DNA of 39,862 nt from a virus: IMG/VR virus record IMGVR_UViG_3300045988_132723; one strand, written 5' to 3'. The position numbers and the translations under genes were made by a program. Below the pieces are notes generated by a model, which worked only from the letters and a program-made list of their open reading frames with translations, was not told the DNA's origin and did no database searches. Below, one piece after another: positions 26,589-36,800 of this stretch (position 1 is its first letter; the number at the start of each line of letters is the position of its first letter).

Positions 26589-26971
26589 TAGAAATACTTA
26601 GAGAAATTAAAGATAAATATAAGGCTTTAGATATAGAATGTGAAATTGCAGAGATAGACGACACTTTAATAGATGTAAAGCCTGTTGTTATTTTAACACC
26701 TATTTCTGAAAGATGGATACATGACTTATTAGGAAATCCAAGTGATAAGGAAGTAAGATTTAAAATACAAGTTTTTAAAGAACATATTGAGAAAGAATAT
26801 GATGTTGAAATTGAAGAAACTTTAAATCAATTAAAAGAAATTTTAAAATCAAATGAAATTAAAAAGCATATAACTACATATTTGAGTACCAATATTACAA
26901 ATGAATTAATAGAAGAAAATACAACAATATTAATTACAGCTGATATAAATTTAAAATTACATAGGAGGTAA
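26585..26971 (+). CDS. head-tail joining/tail completion-like protein
   Basis: Synteny and size; ATGA-type overlap. Confidence 0.5.
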   Translation: MIEILREIKDKYKALDIECEIAEIDDTLIDVKPVVILTPISERWIHDLLGNPSDKEVRFKIQVFKEHIEKEYDVEIEETLNQLKEILKSNEIKKHITTYLSTNITNELIEENTTILITADINLKLHRR

Positions 26972-26973
26972 AA

Positions 26974-27864
26974 GTGGGAGTAAATGTATATATAGGAAAG
27001 CAAACAGCAGAAAAAGTAAAGGCAACTCAATTAATAGATGCTGGGGCAACTGATTTTAATGTTGAAGAGAATATAACAGCTTTAGAATCGGAAGTATTTA
27101 CAGACTTAACAGCAAAAGGAGATAGTACAGTTGGTAAAATTGAAGTCAATGGAAGTATTCCTATAGAGCTTTCAAAAAAAGTTTTTGAAGAGTTAATGGC
27201 TGGAATCTCATATAAAAAAGGTACTGATGATTATAAAATGAGTACTGATAAACCTGCATTTTATACTGTTATATTAACTGATACAGATAATAATGAAAAA
27301 TGGGAATATGTAGATTGCGTTATTTCAAAATTAGATATAAATATAGCTATTGGTGGATATGTAAAATCAACTATTGAAGTAATAGGAAAAACTTATGAAA
27401 TAGGAACAGGTAATGTAGTAGGTGCAACAGAAAGAGGAGAAAGTTTAAGATGTCTATTCTCTAATATCAACCTTGGAGGTACAGATATTTCAACTGATAT
27501 TGAGGGAGCAGATATATCAATAGATAATGGAATAGAAGCAAAAGGTTCATTAAATAGTTTATATAATGTAAAAATTAGAAGAACTAAACAAGTAGATACA
27601 AAAGTAACTATTCAAAAAAATGAATATGAAAAGAATAGTTTTAAAGACTTTAAAGAAAAAATGATAGCCGGAACTCCTGTTACTGCAACAATAAAATTAG
27701 GGGATTCAAGTCATAATGATTTGATAGTGATAGAAGCCCCTAAATTATTTATCAACTCAAATAAAAGAGGAGATTACAAAGGCTCAGGAAGTCACAATAT
27801 TGATTTACAAGCTTCAGTAAATAATACAGAAAAATCACATTTAAAAATCACTTTTAAAGACTAG
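26974..27864 (+). CDS. major tail tube protein
   Basis: Located before chaperones and tape measure; 'GSIPIELSKKVFEELMAGISYKKG' and beta-rich sequence. Confidence 0.7.
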   Translation: MGVNVYIGKQTAEKVKATQLIDAGATDFNVEENITALESEVFTDLTAKGDSTVGKIEVNGSIPIELSKKVFEELMAGISYKKGTDDYKMSTDKPAFYTVILTDTDNNEKWEYVDCVISKLDINIAIGGYVKSTIEVIGKTYEIGTGNVVGATERGESLRCLFSNINLGGTDISTDIEGADISIDNGIEAKGSLNSLYNVKIRRTKQVDTKVTIQKNEYEKNSFKDFKEKMIAGTPVTATIKLGDSSHNDLIVIEAPKLFINSNKRGDYKGSGSHNIDLQASVNNTEKSHLKITFKD

Positions 27865-27873
27865 GAGGATAAA

Positions 27874-28251
27874 ATGATAAAAAAATTAAATGAAAATACA
27901 TATGTAGAATACAGAGATAGATTAACAGCTGGAGAAAAAGAAAGATATAAACATGCTAATTTACCAAAAGTTAAAGTAAATGAAAAAGGAGAAATGATTT
28001 ATGATGTAGACAATACTTATGAAAACTCTCCTAATTTTTATATTTTATCAAGAGTAGTTACAAAGATTGTTCAAGATGGAAAAGATATAACACCTAAAGA
28101 TAAGAATGTATCTACATTTTTAGAAATGATGGATAATGATTTATATGAAGATAAATTATTAAATGATGTTTTAAAAGATATTTTAGGTAAAAATGGTTTT
28201 TTAGAACAGAAAGAGAAATCAGAGACAAACACAGAGATTTCTCAAGAGTAA
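27874..28251 (+). CDS. tail assembly chaperone, G-like
   Basis: Position between tube and tape measure; ends just past a slippery site. Confidence 0.75.
   Translation: MIKKLNENTYVEYRDRLTAGEKERYKHANLPKVKVNEKGEMIYDVDNTYENSPNFYILSRVVTKIVQDGKDITPKDKNVSTFLEMMDNDLYEDKLLNDVLKDILGKNGFLEQKEKSETNTEISQE
28197..28203 (+). promoter_or_regulatory. -1 ribosomal frameshift site T_TTT_TTA
   Basis: Heptamer in frame (GGT TTT TTA); the -1 frame is open from here into ORF 28260-28484. Confidence 0.8.
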
Positions 28252-28484
28252 TTATAGCTATGAGTAAAGGAGTTGATTTAGACTTTTCTTTAGAAATGAA
28301 TAAAGGATTAGATAAAATCTATTATAGGATAAATCAACTCCGAAAATATTTAAAATTTGATGGATTTTCTGGTAATTTTGACATAGCTTTTCTTCCTATA
28401 GCTGGAGGTATAGACGAGCAAGATTGGGAATGGGTAGAAGATATACAAATAGTGAAATATGAATTTAATAAAATAAGAAAATAG
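28203..28484 (+). CDS. T-like extension of the tail chaperone, expressed by -1 frameshift (predicted fusion about 203 aa)
   Basis: After slip: FRTEREIRDKHRDFSRVIIAMSKGVDLDFSLEMNKGLDKIYY... Confidence 0.7.
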   Translation, partial: RTEREIRDKHRDFSRVIIAMSKGVDLDFSLEMNKGLDKIYYRINQLRKYLKFDGFSGNFDIAFLPIAGGIDEQDWEWVEDIQIVKYEFNKIRK

Positions 28485-28524
28485 CTTATAACTTGACAAA
28501 CTCTAATAATTATAGTACAAATAG

Positions 28525-28533
28525 TGTTATAAT
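28525..28533 (+). promoter_or_regulatory. extended -10 promoter TGTTATAAT
   Basis: TGnTATAAT upstream of the lipoprotein gene; a TTGACA at 28493-28498 is spaced too far to pair with it. Confidence 0.5.
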
Positions 28534-28550
28534 TTATTAGGAGGGATGTT

Positions 28551-29033
28551 ATGAAAAGGATATTATATTTTATAATCGGGATTATATTTTTGATGGGAAT
28601 TTTAGTAGGATGTGATAATTCTGGTACAGAAATAACAAAACAAATAGGGGAAACTGCTAAGAATGATTACTTTGAAGTAACAGTTAATTCTGTGGAGGTT
28701 GTAAACGAAAAAAAAATTAATGATTATACTGAATTGAAAGCAGAAAAAGATGCTAAGTATTTAATAATTAATGTAACTTTCAAAAATATAGATAAAGAAA
28801 GTAGAATGGTTTTTGATGGTTCTGTTTTTATTGACTATAATGGAACTAAATATGAATATGATCACACAGAGACAATCTTTGAAGAAGGGTGGGGATTATT
28901 TTTAGATCAATTAAATCCTTTGACTTCAAAAACAACTAATATTGTATATAAAATTCCATCTGAAATTACTGGAGAGGCTACATATAAACCTGAAAGAAGT
29001 TCAGCAGAATTTTATTTAGGTACTATAAAATGA
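28551..29033 (+). CDS. DUF4352-like lipoprotein, moron candidate
   Basis: Lipobox 'GILVGC'; 'YLIINVTFKNIDKESRMVF..'; RBS GGAGGG. Confidence 0.75.
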   Translation: MKRILYFIIGIIFLMGILVGCDNSGTEITKQIGETAKNDYFEVTVNSVEVVNEKKINDYTELKAEKDAKYLIINVTFKNIDKESRMVFDGSVFIDYNGTKYEYDHTETIFEEGWGLFLDQLNPLTSKTTNIVYKIPSEITGEATYKPERSSAEFYLGTIK

Positions 29034-29222
29034 ACACTGGATTAATTAGATAATCTAAGAAATGAAGCTAATAATATAAAACAAAAGTTATTAAAGGAAC
29101 AATTTTTAATAACTGAGAAGATACAGGAATTAGATAAAACAGGTTTAACTGATAAGATAACAGTACATAGAAATAATAAAAATGAATTAATCTTAATTAC
29201 ACATTTTGATTAATCAAACACT

Positions 29223-29250
29223 AAGAGGAGTATAAAAGCTCCTCTTTTTT
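29223..29250 (+). terminator. hairpin AAGAGGAG...CTCCTCTT with T-run
   Basis: 8-bp stem, 8-nt loop, TTTTTT; 17 nt before the tape measure start. Confidence 0.6.
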
Positions 29251-29266
29251 TATTTGGGGGTGAATT

Positions 29267-32200
29267 ATGAAAAATGAAAGTGCAGACATAACCTTAGAAC
29301 TTCAAGCTAGTTTGGATGGAGATATAAAAGAAGATTTAGAGAAAGTTAATGAAGAAGTAGAAAAAATTGGTGATACAAGCCAAGATAATTTTGGAAAAGC
29401 CTCTGACTCAGTTGATAAATTTGGTAAAAACTCAAATGTAGCTAATGAAAAAGTAAAAAAAACAGATGATTCTATAGCTTCATTAGGGAAAACTGCAAAT
29501 AAAGTAAAACCTAGCCTTATTTCACTTCCAAACAAATTAGCTACTGCTACTGAAAATGCAACACTAAAAATAAAGAAAATGGAAGAAAATTTATCAGGAC
29601 TAGGTAGAATATCTGGAATAGCTTTTGCAGGTATGGCTGGAAGTGCAACCTTAGCTGTAAAAAAGTATGCAGACTTTGAAGCAGGAATATTGAAAGTAAA
29701 AACTATATCTGATAGAAGTTTTGAAGAAATTAAAAAGTCGGCAGAAGATTTATCTGTTAAATATGGACTTTCTGTGGAACAGATAACAGAAGGAAATTAT
29801 CAATTAGTTTCATCAATGGGAGATGTTGCTAATGCTCAAGAGATATTAGATACATCTGCTAAATTATCTATTGCAGGTTTTACAGATTATGAAAGTGCTA
29901 TGAATGGGTTAGTATCTGTTTTAAATGGGTATAAGATGGAAGCAACAGAAGCTGGAAGAGTTGCAGATATTTTAATGACTGTTCAAAATAAAGGTATTAC
30001 TACTATCAACGAATTACAAGGAAGTTTATCAAGAGTCACAAGTTTAGCCAACAATGTAAATGTACCATTTGAAGATTTAGCTGCAGCATTGACAACAATA
30101 ACAGCTAATAAGGTTGAAACAAGCGAAGCAGTTACTTCATTAAGAAGTGCTTTCTCTGAATTAGGAAAAGCAGGTACAGTTGCTTCAAAGAATTTTAAAG
30201 CAGCCACTGGTGAGATGTTTTCAGAGTTTATGAAGACTCACACTATAGTAGAGGCAATTCAAAAATTAGAGGATTATTCTAAGAAAACAGGTAAATCATT
30301 TAATGACTTATTTGGTTCATTAGAAGCAGGAAATGCAATAATGAATTTAGCTGGAGGAAATCTTACTAAATTAAAAAATAGTTTAGATGATGTAAAAAAT
30401 TCTAGCGGAACAGCTAATTCTGCTTTAGGAGTTTTGGATGAAGGAGCTAATAGAGCTTTTTCAAAATTAAAAGAACAAGCAAATAAAGCAGTAAGAGAAA
30501 TTGGAGAGGCTTTAATACCAACTGTTAAAGATTTAACAAAAAAGATTTCAGAAATAGATTGGAAAAAAGTATTTAGCCAAGAAAATATAGATAAGATAAC
30601 TTCTACTATAAAAATGGTTGGAATTTTAACAGGTGGAATTTGGGCTTTAAAAACTGCAATAGGTGCTGTTAAATTAGTATTAGAAGCCATAGATGGAATT
30701 ATGGCAACTGGTGTAGGAATTAAAGCATTATTTGCATTAGTAGGTAAAGGTTTCCTTACAAAAGAAGTTATAACAACTGCAACTTCTGGTAGTTTTGGTG
30801 GAGCTGCTATATTTGGAACAGCTGCTGCAGGGGAAACAACAGCTAGTGTAACTAAATTAGCAGCAGGTCCATTATTAAAAGCATTACCATTAGTAGCATT
30901 AATGTATGGTGAAAATAAAGCACTTAAATATTGGGATAAAAAAGAAGATGAAGTTATAAAAGCTAAGACCAATGTTCCTATAAAAGAAAGAAAAAAAGCC
31001 TATGAAGAAATGATAAAAACTTTAGAAACTCAAGTTGATATATTAAAAAAAGCTGATGAAAATGAAGATAGATATTCTAAAAAAACTTTAAAAACTATGG
31101 AAAAGTTAAAAAAGTTAAAAGAAGAGTATAGTAGATTATCTAATTTAAATGGAGAAGATGAATTAAATCAGTCAATAGCTAAAGCCAATAAAACGTTTAG
31201 AGATGTTGAAAATAAGATAGAAAGTTATAAAAAGAAAGTTTTTAAAACAAAAGATGAAGTAAAAAATGCTATTGAAGATTTAACAAAAATGGGTGCTAGA
31301 GACACACAACTTGATTTTTTAAAAGAGATTCAAAATAATTTAGAAAATAATTTAACTCCAACTAAAATAACAGATGATGAAGGCAAAAAGAAAAAAAGTA
31401 AAGAAAAAAAAGATGAAGTCAAAGAGCTATTTAAAGAATATGAAGATTATTTAGTAAAAGCTCCTAAGATATGGGAATTAACGGATTTAGATAATAAAGA
31501 AATATTAGAAGAAAAAGTTTCATACTTAAGATCTGCATTGCAAAAAGCAGTTGAGGTTGGTGCTACATCACTTATCCCAACATTAAAAACAGAATTTGAT
31601 AAGGCTTCTAAAGAGTTGAAATTGAAAATTAATGAAATAGATTTTGAAAAAGCAAAAGAAAGATTAATAAAAGAGTTAGGAAAACTCCAAGAAGAAGACA
31701 TAACAAAAATAGGAGCATATAATCCTAAAAGTTCAAAAGAAATTGCTTATGAAAAAGATATTGCAGAGTACAGAGCCTTAAAAGATTTTACAGATGCTAT
31801 AAAAGAAGGTACTACTGAATTTCAAAAAGCAGAGCTTGAAGATATGGAAGCTAGAAAAGAAAATTTAGCTAGTAAAATAAAGCTTTACAACAAAGAAGAC
31901 AGTGAATTAAAAACTCAAATCGAAAAAATAAAAAAAACGTCAGATGCTTTCAATGGTTTAGTTCAAAGTATTCAAACATTAGCTTCTATAACAGGAAGCA
32001 AAACTATCGGTGGTATCGGAGGGATAGTTGGGGGTGTTAGTAACTTAACAAATATATTTAACAAATTTAAAACAGGCGGAGGTTTTAAATCTATTTTTAA
32101 TATGTTTAGATCTAATGGAGACCTTGTTGGAGGTATAACTTCAGTAAATTCCTTATTAGGAATAGCAACAGGCAGTTTAAGTATAGCAAAAACTATTGGC

Positions 32201-33829
32201 TCTGCAATAGGCTTTGGAAAAGGTAAAAATAAAGCTGCAGAAATAGACAACAGAAATAGAGAAAATGAAAACAGGTACCAGGACCAAATAAAAGCTATGC
32301 AAACTTTAACTGAAGCACTAAAGAAAAATGCTGACTATATAAAGAATTTTACAGATAGAATTTTAACAGAAGCAGCTAAGAACCCAACTTTATCATTTTT
32401 AAGTAACAGCAATAGAAATATAGATTTATTCCAACAAGCTATGCTAAATGGTAAGCATTTTGGAGATATTTCAGCAATAGAAAAAGGCTCTACAAGATAT
32501 AGTAGAGGTTTTGGAAGAAGAAAGAAATCAAAAGATACATATACTGCTGTAAGTGTTGGAGAAGCTCAATTATTGAAGTACTTAGATTTTGATAAGACTG
32601 AACTTGATGCTTTTACAGATAGTGAAATGAGACAACTTAACAATGCTTTAAAGAATGTATCTCATAACGATTTAGTAAAAGCTACTGGAAGAAACTTAAC
32701 TCAATCTAATTTAGATGAGTGGAAAAAGCAAATAAGTGAGTTTGTATCACAAATAGATTTATTACAAAAAGAAAAAAAAGATTTATTCAGAGGATCAACT
32801 CTTGATAGTTTTACTGGTATTGATTATTCTTCTGAAAAGAAATTAATCCAGGAATACACAGAGCAATTTAAACAAATGGGGCTTGTTGGTGAACAATATA
32901 ACTCTACTATTAAAGAAATGGCTAGAAATAATCAAGTCTTAGTTACTGCTATGCAAGATGTAAGAGCCCAAACAATTGAGGGTTTAGCTAGTGGTAATGG
33001 TGGATTTGTGACATCAATGAAAAGTTATTTTGAAAAGATATTTAAAAATGCAAGTTCTGTTGCTTATGATGTGGCTTTTTCTGATTTAGATAAATATTTC
33101 AATGATGAGTTTAAGAAAATATCTGAAAAGCTAGTAAATATAAAGAAAAGTGGAAAACTAAACTTTAATGATTTACTTGCTGGAGTTGATTTTAGTAAGT
33201 TAAAACTGGCAGAAAGCATAGAAACACAAGCTAAAAAGTCTTTGGATACTATAAAACAATTTTTATTGAGTAGAGGTATTGATATATCAATAATCAATAA
33301 AATACTTCCAAATTCAGATTTTAATGATAAATTAAATGATATGAAAAATGCTTTAAGTAATGCAATGAATGAAGCTCAAAAGGAAAAGAAATTTGATAGT
33401 TTTACAAAAAGTCTTGGAGAATCTTTATATGAAAGTACAAAGGCTAGTCTAATAAAAGCATTTTCAGAAAGTTCAGTGTATCAAGGTTTAATATCTAAGT
33501 TTATAAATACTAAGGATATAAAGGCAGAAATAGAAAAGGCAGGTACATTTGAGGGAGCATTTAATATCATTAAAAATAAATTAAAAGATTTTGGATATAG
33601 ATTGGAAAGTAATGGACTAGGTGGCTTTGATGCAATAAATAATAAAGATACTGTGAATAATCAACTTGGTAATGCTTACTATCAAGACAAGTCTTCTAAT
33701 ATAGAAATTAAGGTTACTAATAATTTCTATGAAAAAGTTTATGGGGTAGATGACTTAGAAGGAAGAATTTTAAAAGGAGTAAATAAAGGTATAGAACTTT
33801 GGACTAAAAAACCAAAGGTAACACCATAG
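29267..33829 (+). CDS. tape measure protein
   Basis: 1520 aa; TP901-like core 'FEAGILKVKTISDRSFEEIKKSAEDLSVKYGLSVEQITEGNYQLVSS'. Confidence 0.95.
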   Translation: MKNESADITLELQASLDGDIKEDLEKVNEEVEKIGDTSQDNFGKASDSVDKFGKNSNVANEKVKKTDDSIASLGKTANKVKPSLISLPNKLATATENATLKIKKMEENLSGLGRISGIAFAGMAGSATLAVKKYADFEAGILKVKTISDRSFEEIKKSAEDLSVKYGLSVEQITEGNYQLVSSMGDVANAQEILDTSAKLSIAGFTDYESAMNGLVSVLNGYKMEATEAGRVADILMTVQNKGITTINELQGSLSRVTSLANNVNVPFEDLAAALTTITANKVETSEAVTSLRSAFSELGKAGTVASKNFKAATGEMFSEFMKTHTIVEAIQKLEDYSKKTGKSFNDLFGSLEAGNAIMNLAGGNLTKLKNSLDDVKNSSGTANSALGVLDEGANRAFSKLKEQANKAVREIGEALIPTVKDLTKKISEIDWKKVFSQENIDKITSTIKMVGILTGGIWALKTAIGAVKLVLEAIDGIMATGVGIKALFALVGKGFLTKEVITTATSGSFGGAAIFGTAAAGETTASVTKLAAGPLLKALPLVALMYGENKALKYWDKKEDEVIKAKTNVPIKERKKAYEEMIKTLETQVDILKKADENEDRYSKKTLKTMEKLKKLKEEYSRLSNLNGEDELNQSIAKANKTFRDVENKIESYKKKVFKTKDEVKNAIEDLTKMGARDTQLDFLKEIQNNLENNLTPTKITDDEGKKKKSKEKKDEVKELFKEYEDYLVKAPKIWELTDLDNKEILEEKVSYLRSALQKAVEVGATSLIPTLKTEFDKASKELKLKINEIDFEKAKERLIKELGKLQEEDITKIGAYNPKSSKEIAYEKDIAEYRALKDFTDAIKEGTTEFQKAELEDMEARKENLASKIKLYNKEDSELKTQIEKIKKTSDAFNGLVQSIQTLASITGSKTIGGIGGIVGGVSNLTNIFNKFKTGGGFKSIFNMFRSNGDLVGGITSVNSLLGIATGSLSIAKTIGSAIGFGKGKNKAAEIDNRNRENENRYQDQIKAMQTLTEALKKNADYIKNFTDRILTEAAKNPTLSFLSNSNRNIDLFQQAMLNGKHFGDISAIEKGSTRYSRGFGRRKKSKDTYTAVSVGEAQLLKYLDFDKTELDAFTDSEMRQLNNALKNVSHNDLVKATGRNLTQSNLDEWKKQISEFVSQIDLLQKEKKDLFRGSTLDSFTGIDYSSEKKLIQEYTEQFKQMGLVGEQYNSTIKEMARNNQVLVTAMQDVRAQTIEGLASGNGGFVTSMKSYFEKIFKNASSVAYDVAFSDLDKYFNDEFKKISEKLVNIKKSGKLNFNDLLAGVDFSKLKLAESIETQAKKSLDTIKQFLLSRGIDISIINKILPNSDFNDKLNDMKNALSNAMNEAQKEKKFDSFTKSLGESLYESTKASLIKAFSESSVYQGLISKFINTKDIKAEIEKAGTFEGAFNIIKNKLKDFGYRLESNGLGGFDAINNKDTVNNQLGNAYYQDKSSNIEIKVTNNFYEKVYGVDDLEGRILKGVNKGIELWTKKPKVTP

Positions 33830-33837
33830 GAGGAATA

Positions 33838-36800
33838 ATGCAAAGTTATATAAATAATCACCTATATGTAGCTAAAATAATAAATATTAGTAAAAATAAG
33901 GATATTACAGATTATATAGATGACTGTAATATTACTTTACCTAAGACTAGCGAAATTTCTTCTATGGAGGCTAGTTTTGTTATAGAAGAAAAATTAATAG
34001 ATACAGGCAATGAAGTAAAAATAGAAGTTTTAGATGAAAAGAAAAAGGTACTTTATTCTTTAGAAGGGAAAGCAACTTTAGAGAAAAGAAATAAAAGTTA
34101 TACAGGGAAAGAGGCATTTACTTATTCTATTAAAGATAATTATGATAAGTTGTTTGATAAAGTAGTGCCTGAAACAATAGTATTTTTTGATTTATTTTTC
34201 TGTAATATAAATGATAAACATAATTCTTTACTTCATATAGTTGCAAACAAATTAGGTTTTAGAGATGAGCAATTAGACTTTGCAAATATAGCTTTTGAAG
34301 ATGGAAGCTTAATGAGAGTACCTTTTGTTTTATTTGAGCAAGATGAAAGATGGGTTGATATTTTACAAAGATTTATTAAAGCTACTGATAGCATTTTATA
34401 TATTAAGGATAAAAAATTATTTTTAAGACCTCGTAATTTTATGTTAAATGAGGTTTTAAAGTTTGATAGGACTAATATTATCACTGAAGTAGATGAAACA
34501 TTTAAAACCATATTATACAACGGAATACGTGTAAATTATGATAGATTTATTAAATTAGAAAACCAAGTTGTCTTTAATTTATCTCAAAAAATAATTTTGG
34601 ATGAGGCTAAACGGATAAACCTAAATTTAGTTGAAAATTATGAAAGTAAAGCTATTAGGATAACTTATACAACATCTAGTGTATCTAATCCAACACTTAC
34701 TAAAGCGACAGGGTACTATTTTACTAGGGAAGATGATGTAAAAAGTAAAGTAGATATAAAACTTATAAAAGGAACGCATTACACTATTGAAAAGTGGGAA
34801 GAAACACAAGCAATAGTTAAATTTATTAATCCATTCCCTTATAAATTTTACATAGAAAACTTTGAAATAAAAGGACTTCCACTTGTGAAATATCAGGATA
34901 ATGAATCAATTATAAAGAAAACAAATGTAAAAGAAAAAAGTCAAGAAAACTTCATATCTATTCAAAAAAATAGAGAAGTGCAAACAGAAAAACTAGCTAA
35001 ATATATAGCGTTATCTGAGTATAAATCTCAAATTTTAAATAACAGAACTTTTAATTTTAATACTTATTTTTTAAAAGATATTGAATTAGGAGAAGTTTAC
35101 AAGCTAGAACTTGAGGATATTAATACAGTTGTAAGAGTAACGAATATTCAAATATCATTAAAACCTGCTGAATTTGAAATGAGGATAGAAACTGAATGTA
35201 TTGAAAATAACGGAGAATATACTTATTCAAGTACACTCTCTGGGAAAAGCAATACAAATTTCGTAGATTTAAAGCCTCTCGAAGAAAAAATAGACGAAAA
35301 TAATAAGAATCTAAAAATTTTAGATAGAGATGTAAGAAGTAGATTATTTAAACAAAAAACAGAGCCTAATTTGGCAGAAGTAAAAGAAAATGATATTTGG
35401 TTAAATCCAGATACAAATGTATGGAAGAAATTTTACAATGGTGTATGGAATCCTATTAGTGAAGATGAGATTTTACCAGCTATGAAGATGTATAACTCTA
35501 TCGAAGGAAATGTTATAAAACTACAAGGCACAGCTGATAAAGTTGGCGCATATCTTTTAAATAGTGGCGAAAAATTTGGAAGTTTAAATGGAGAACTTGC
35601 TCACGTAACTTTTGATAAGATGGGGCAATTTGAGGCAGAAAATCCAAATAATAGGGTAGCTTTAAACATTAAGGATCCAGCTAATCCATCAAGAGTGACA
35701 TCACAAATTTTGCTTGGAGTCACTGATATAACAGACCCAAGATGGAAAAATACAATATTTGCAATAGGAGATGAAGCAAGTCCTAACAGAATAGAGTTTA
35801 AAAACAGGCAAGTATATCAAACTATCAATGGTGTAGAAATAGGCACAAAAATAAAGAATGTTGAAACAGCTATAGGTGGAGTAAATAAAACGGCAGTAGA
35901 GGCAAAGAATAGTGCAAGTACAGCTCAAACTACTGCTAATGGAGCAAAAACAGCTGCAACTAATGCTCAAACTACAGCGAACAATGCGACTACAAGTGCC
36001 AATAACGCAATGAATAGAGCTAATAATGCATACAATTTAGCAAACACATCACAAAATAAAGCTAATAGTGCATATAGCTATGCAAATACAATAGAAGGGG
36101 CATTAAAACAAGGTGATTTTATAATAACTGGAAAAACAGTTTTTGATGGTTCAGCTAGATTTGTTAGTCGTGGAACAAATGAAGTAATAACTATAGCTAA
36201 CGGCTCTATTGATTTTCATAGAAATGGGGTAAGACTAACAAGAATTAAGAACATAAGATATGGGGTAATAGGAACAGATAGTAAAGGTAAGGGTGTTGTA
36301 AATTTTGATGGATTCCAACAGCCTATGATAGTTCTACCTACGATAAAATCAGCAAATTTTGGTAAAAATATGGCAAGCATCCATTGTTTTGCTGAGCACA
36401 TATCTGGCACTCAATACAGGTTTTATGTTTATGGAACAAATGAAGATTATAGGGAAGCCAGTCCAGTTAAAGTAGTGGGTACTCGTTGGGCTATGAATAA
36501 TGTAGTTATTACAACACTCTTAGGGATAACAGGTTTTACAGATAGAGTGTATGTAAATGAATTTTTTAAATTTATTCCTCAATTAAAAGTGATAGAAGAA
36601 GTTATCCCTGGAAATTCTTCAAAGTATGAGGAGTATAAATTAAAAAGAAATTATATAAAAATAGTAAAAACGCCATTAGTAAATGTAAAAATAAAAAGAA
36701 ATTCTGAGATTATTTTCAACAAAAACTATGAGATTAGATTTAATTCAAATTTACAAAATTCATATAAACTAGAATATAGCATAGATTCGTTAATTCTAAA

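Noticed and set aside
28493-28521. TTGACA-17-TACAAA as the lipoprotein promoter
   Set aside because: -10 match is weak (TACAAA); the extended -10 TGTTATAAT at 28525-28533 is more convincing.
29302-33297. Minus-strand ORFs inside the tape measure gene, including the 232-aa one at 30274-30972
   Set aside because: Mirror image of the repetitive Lys/Ala-rich tape measure coding sequence; no independent signals.
35900-36120. Possible CRISPR or tandem repeat array
   Set aside because: Short imperfect repeats are explained by the coding periodicity of the fibre stalk; no conserved repeat-spacer structure anywhere in the window.
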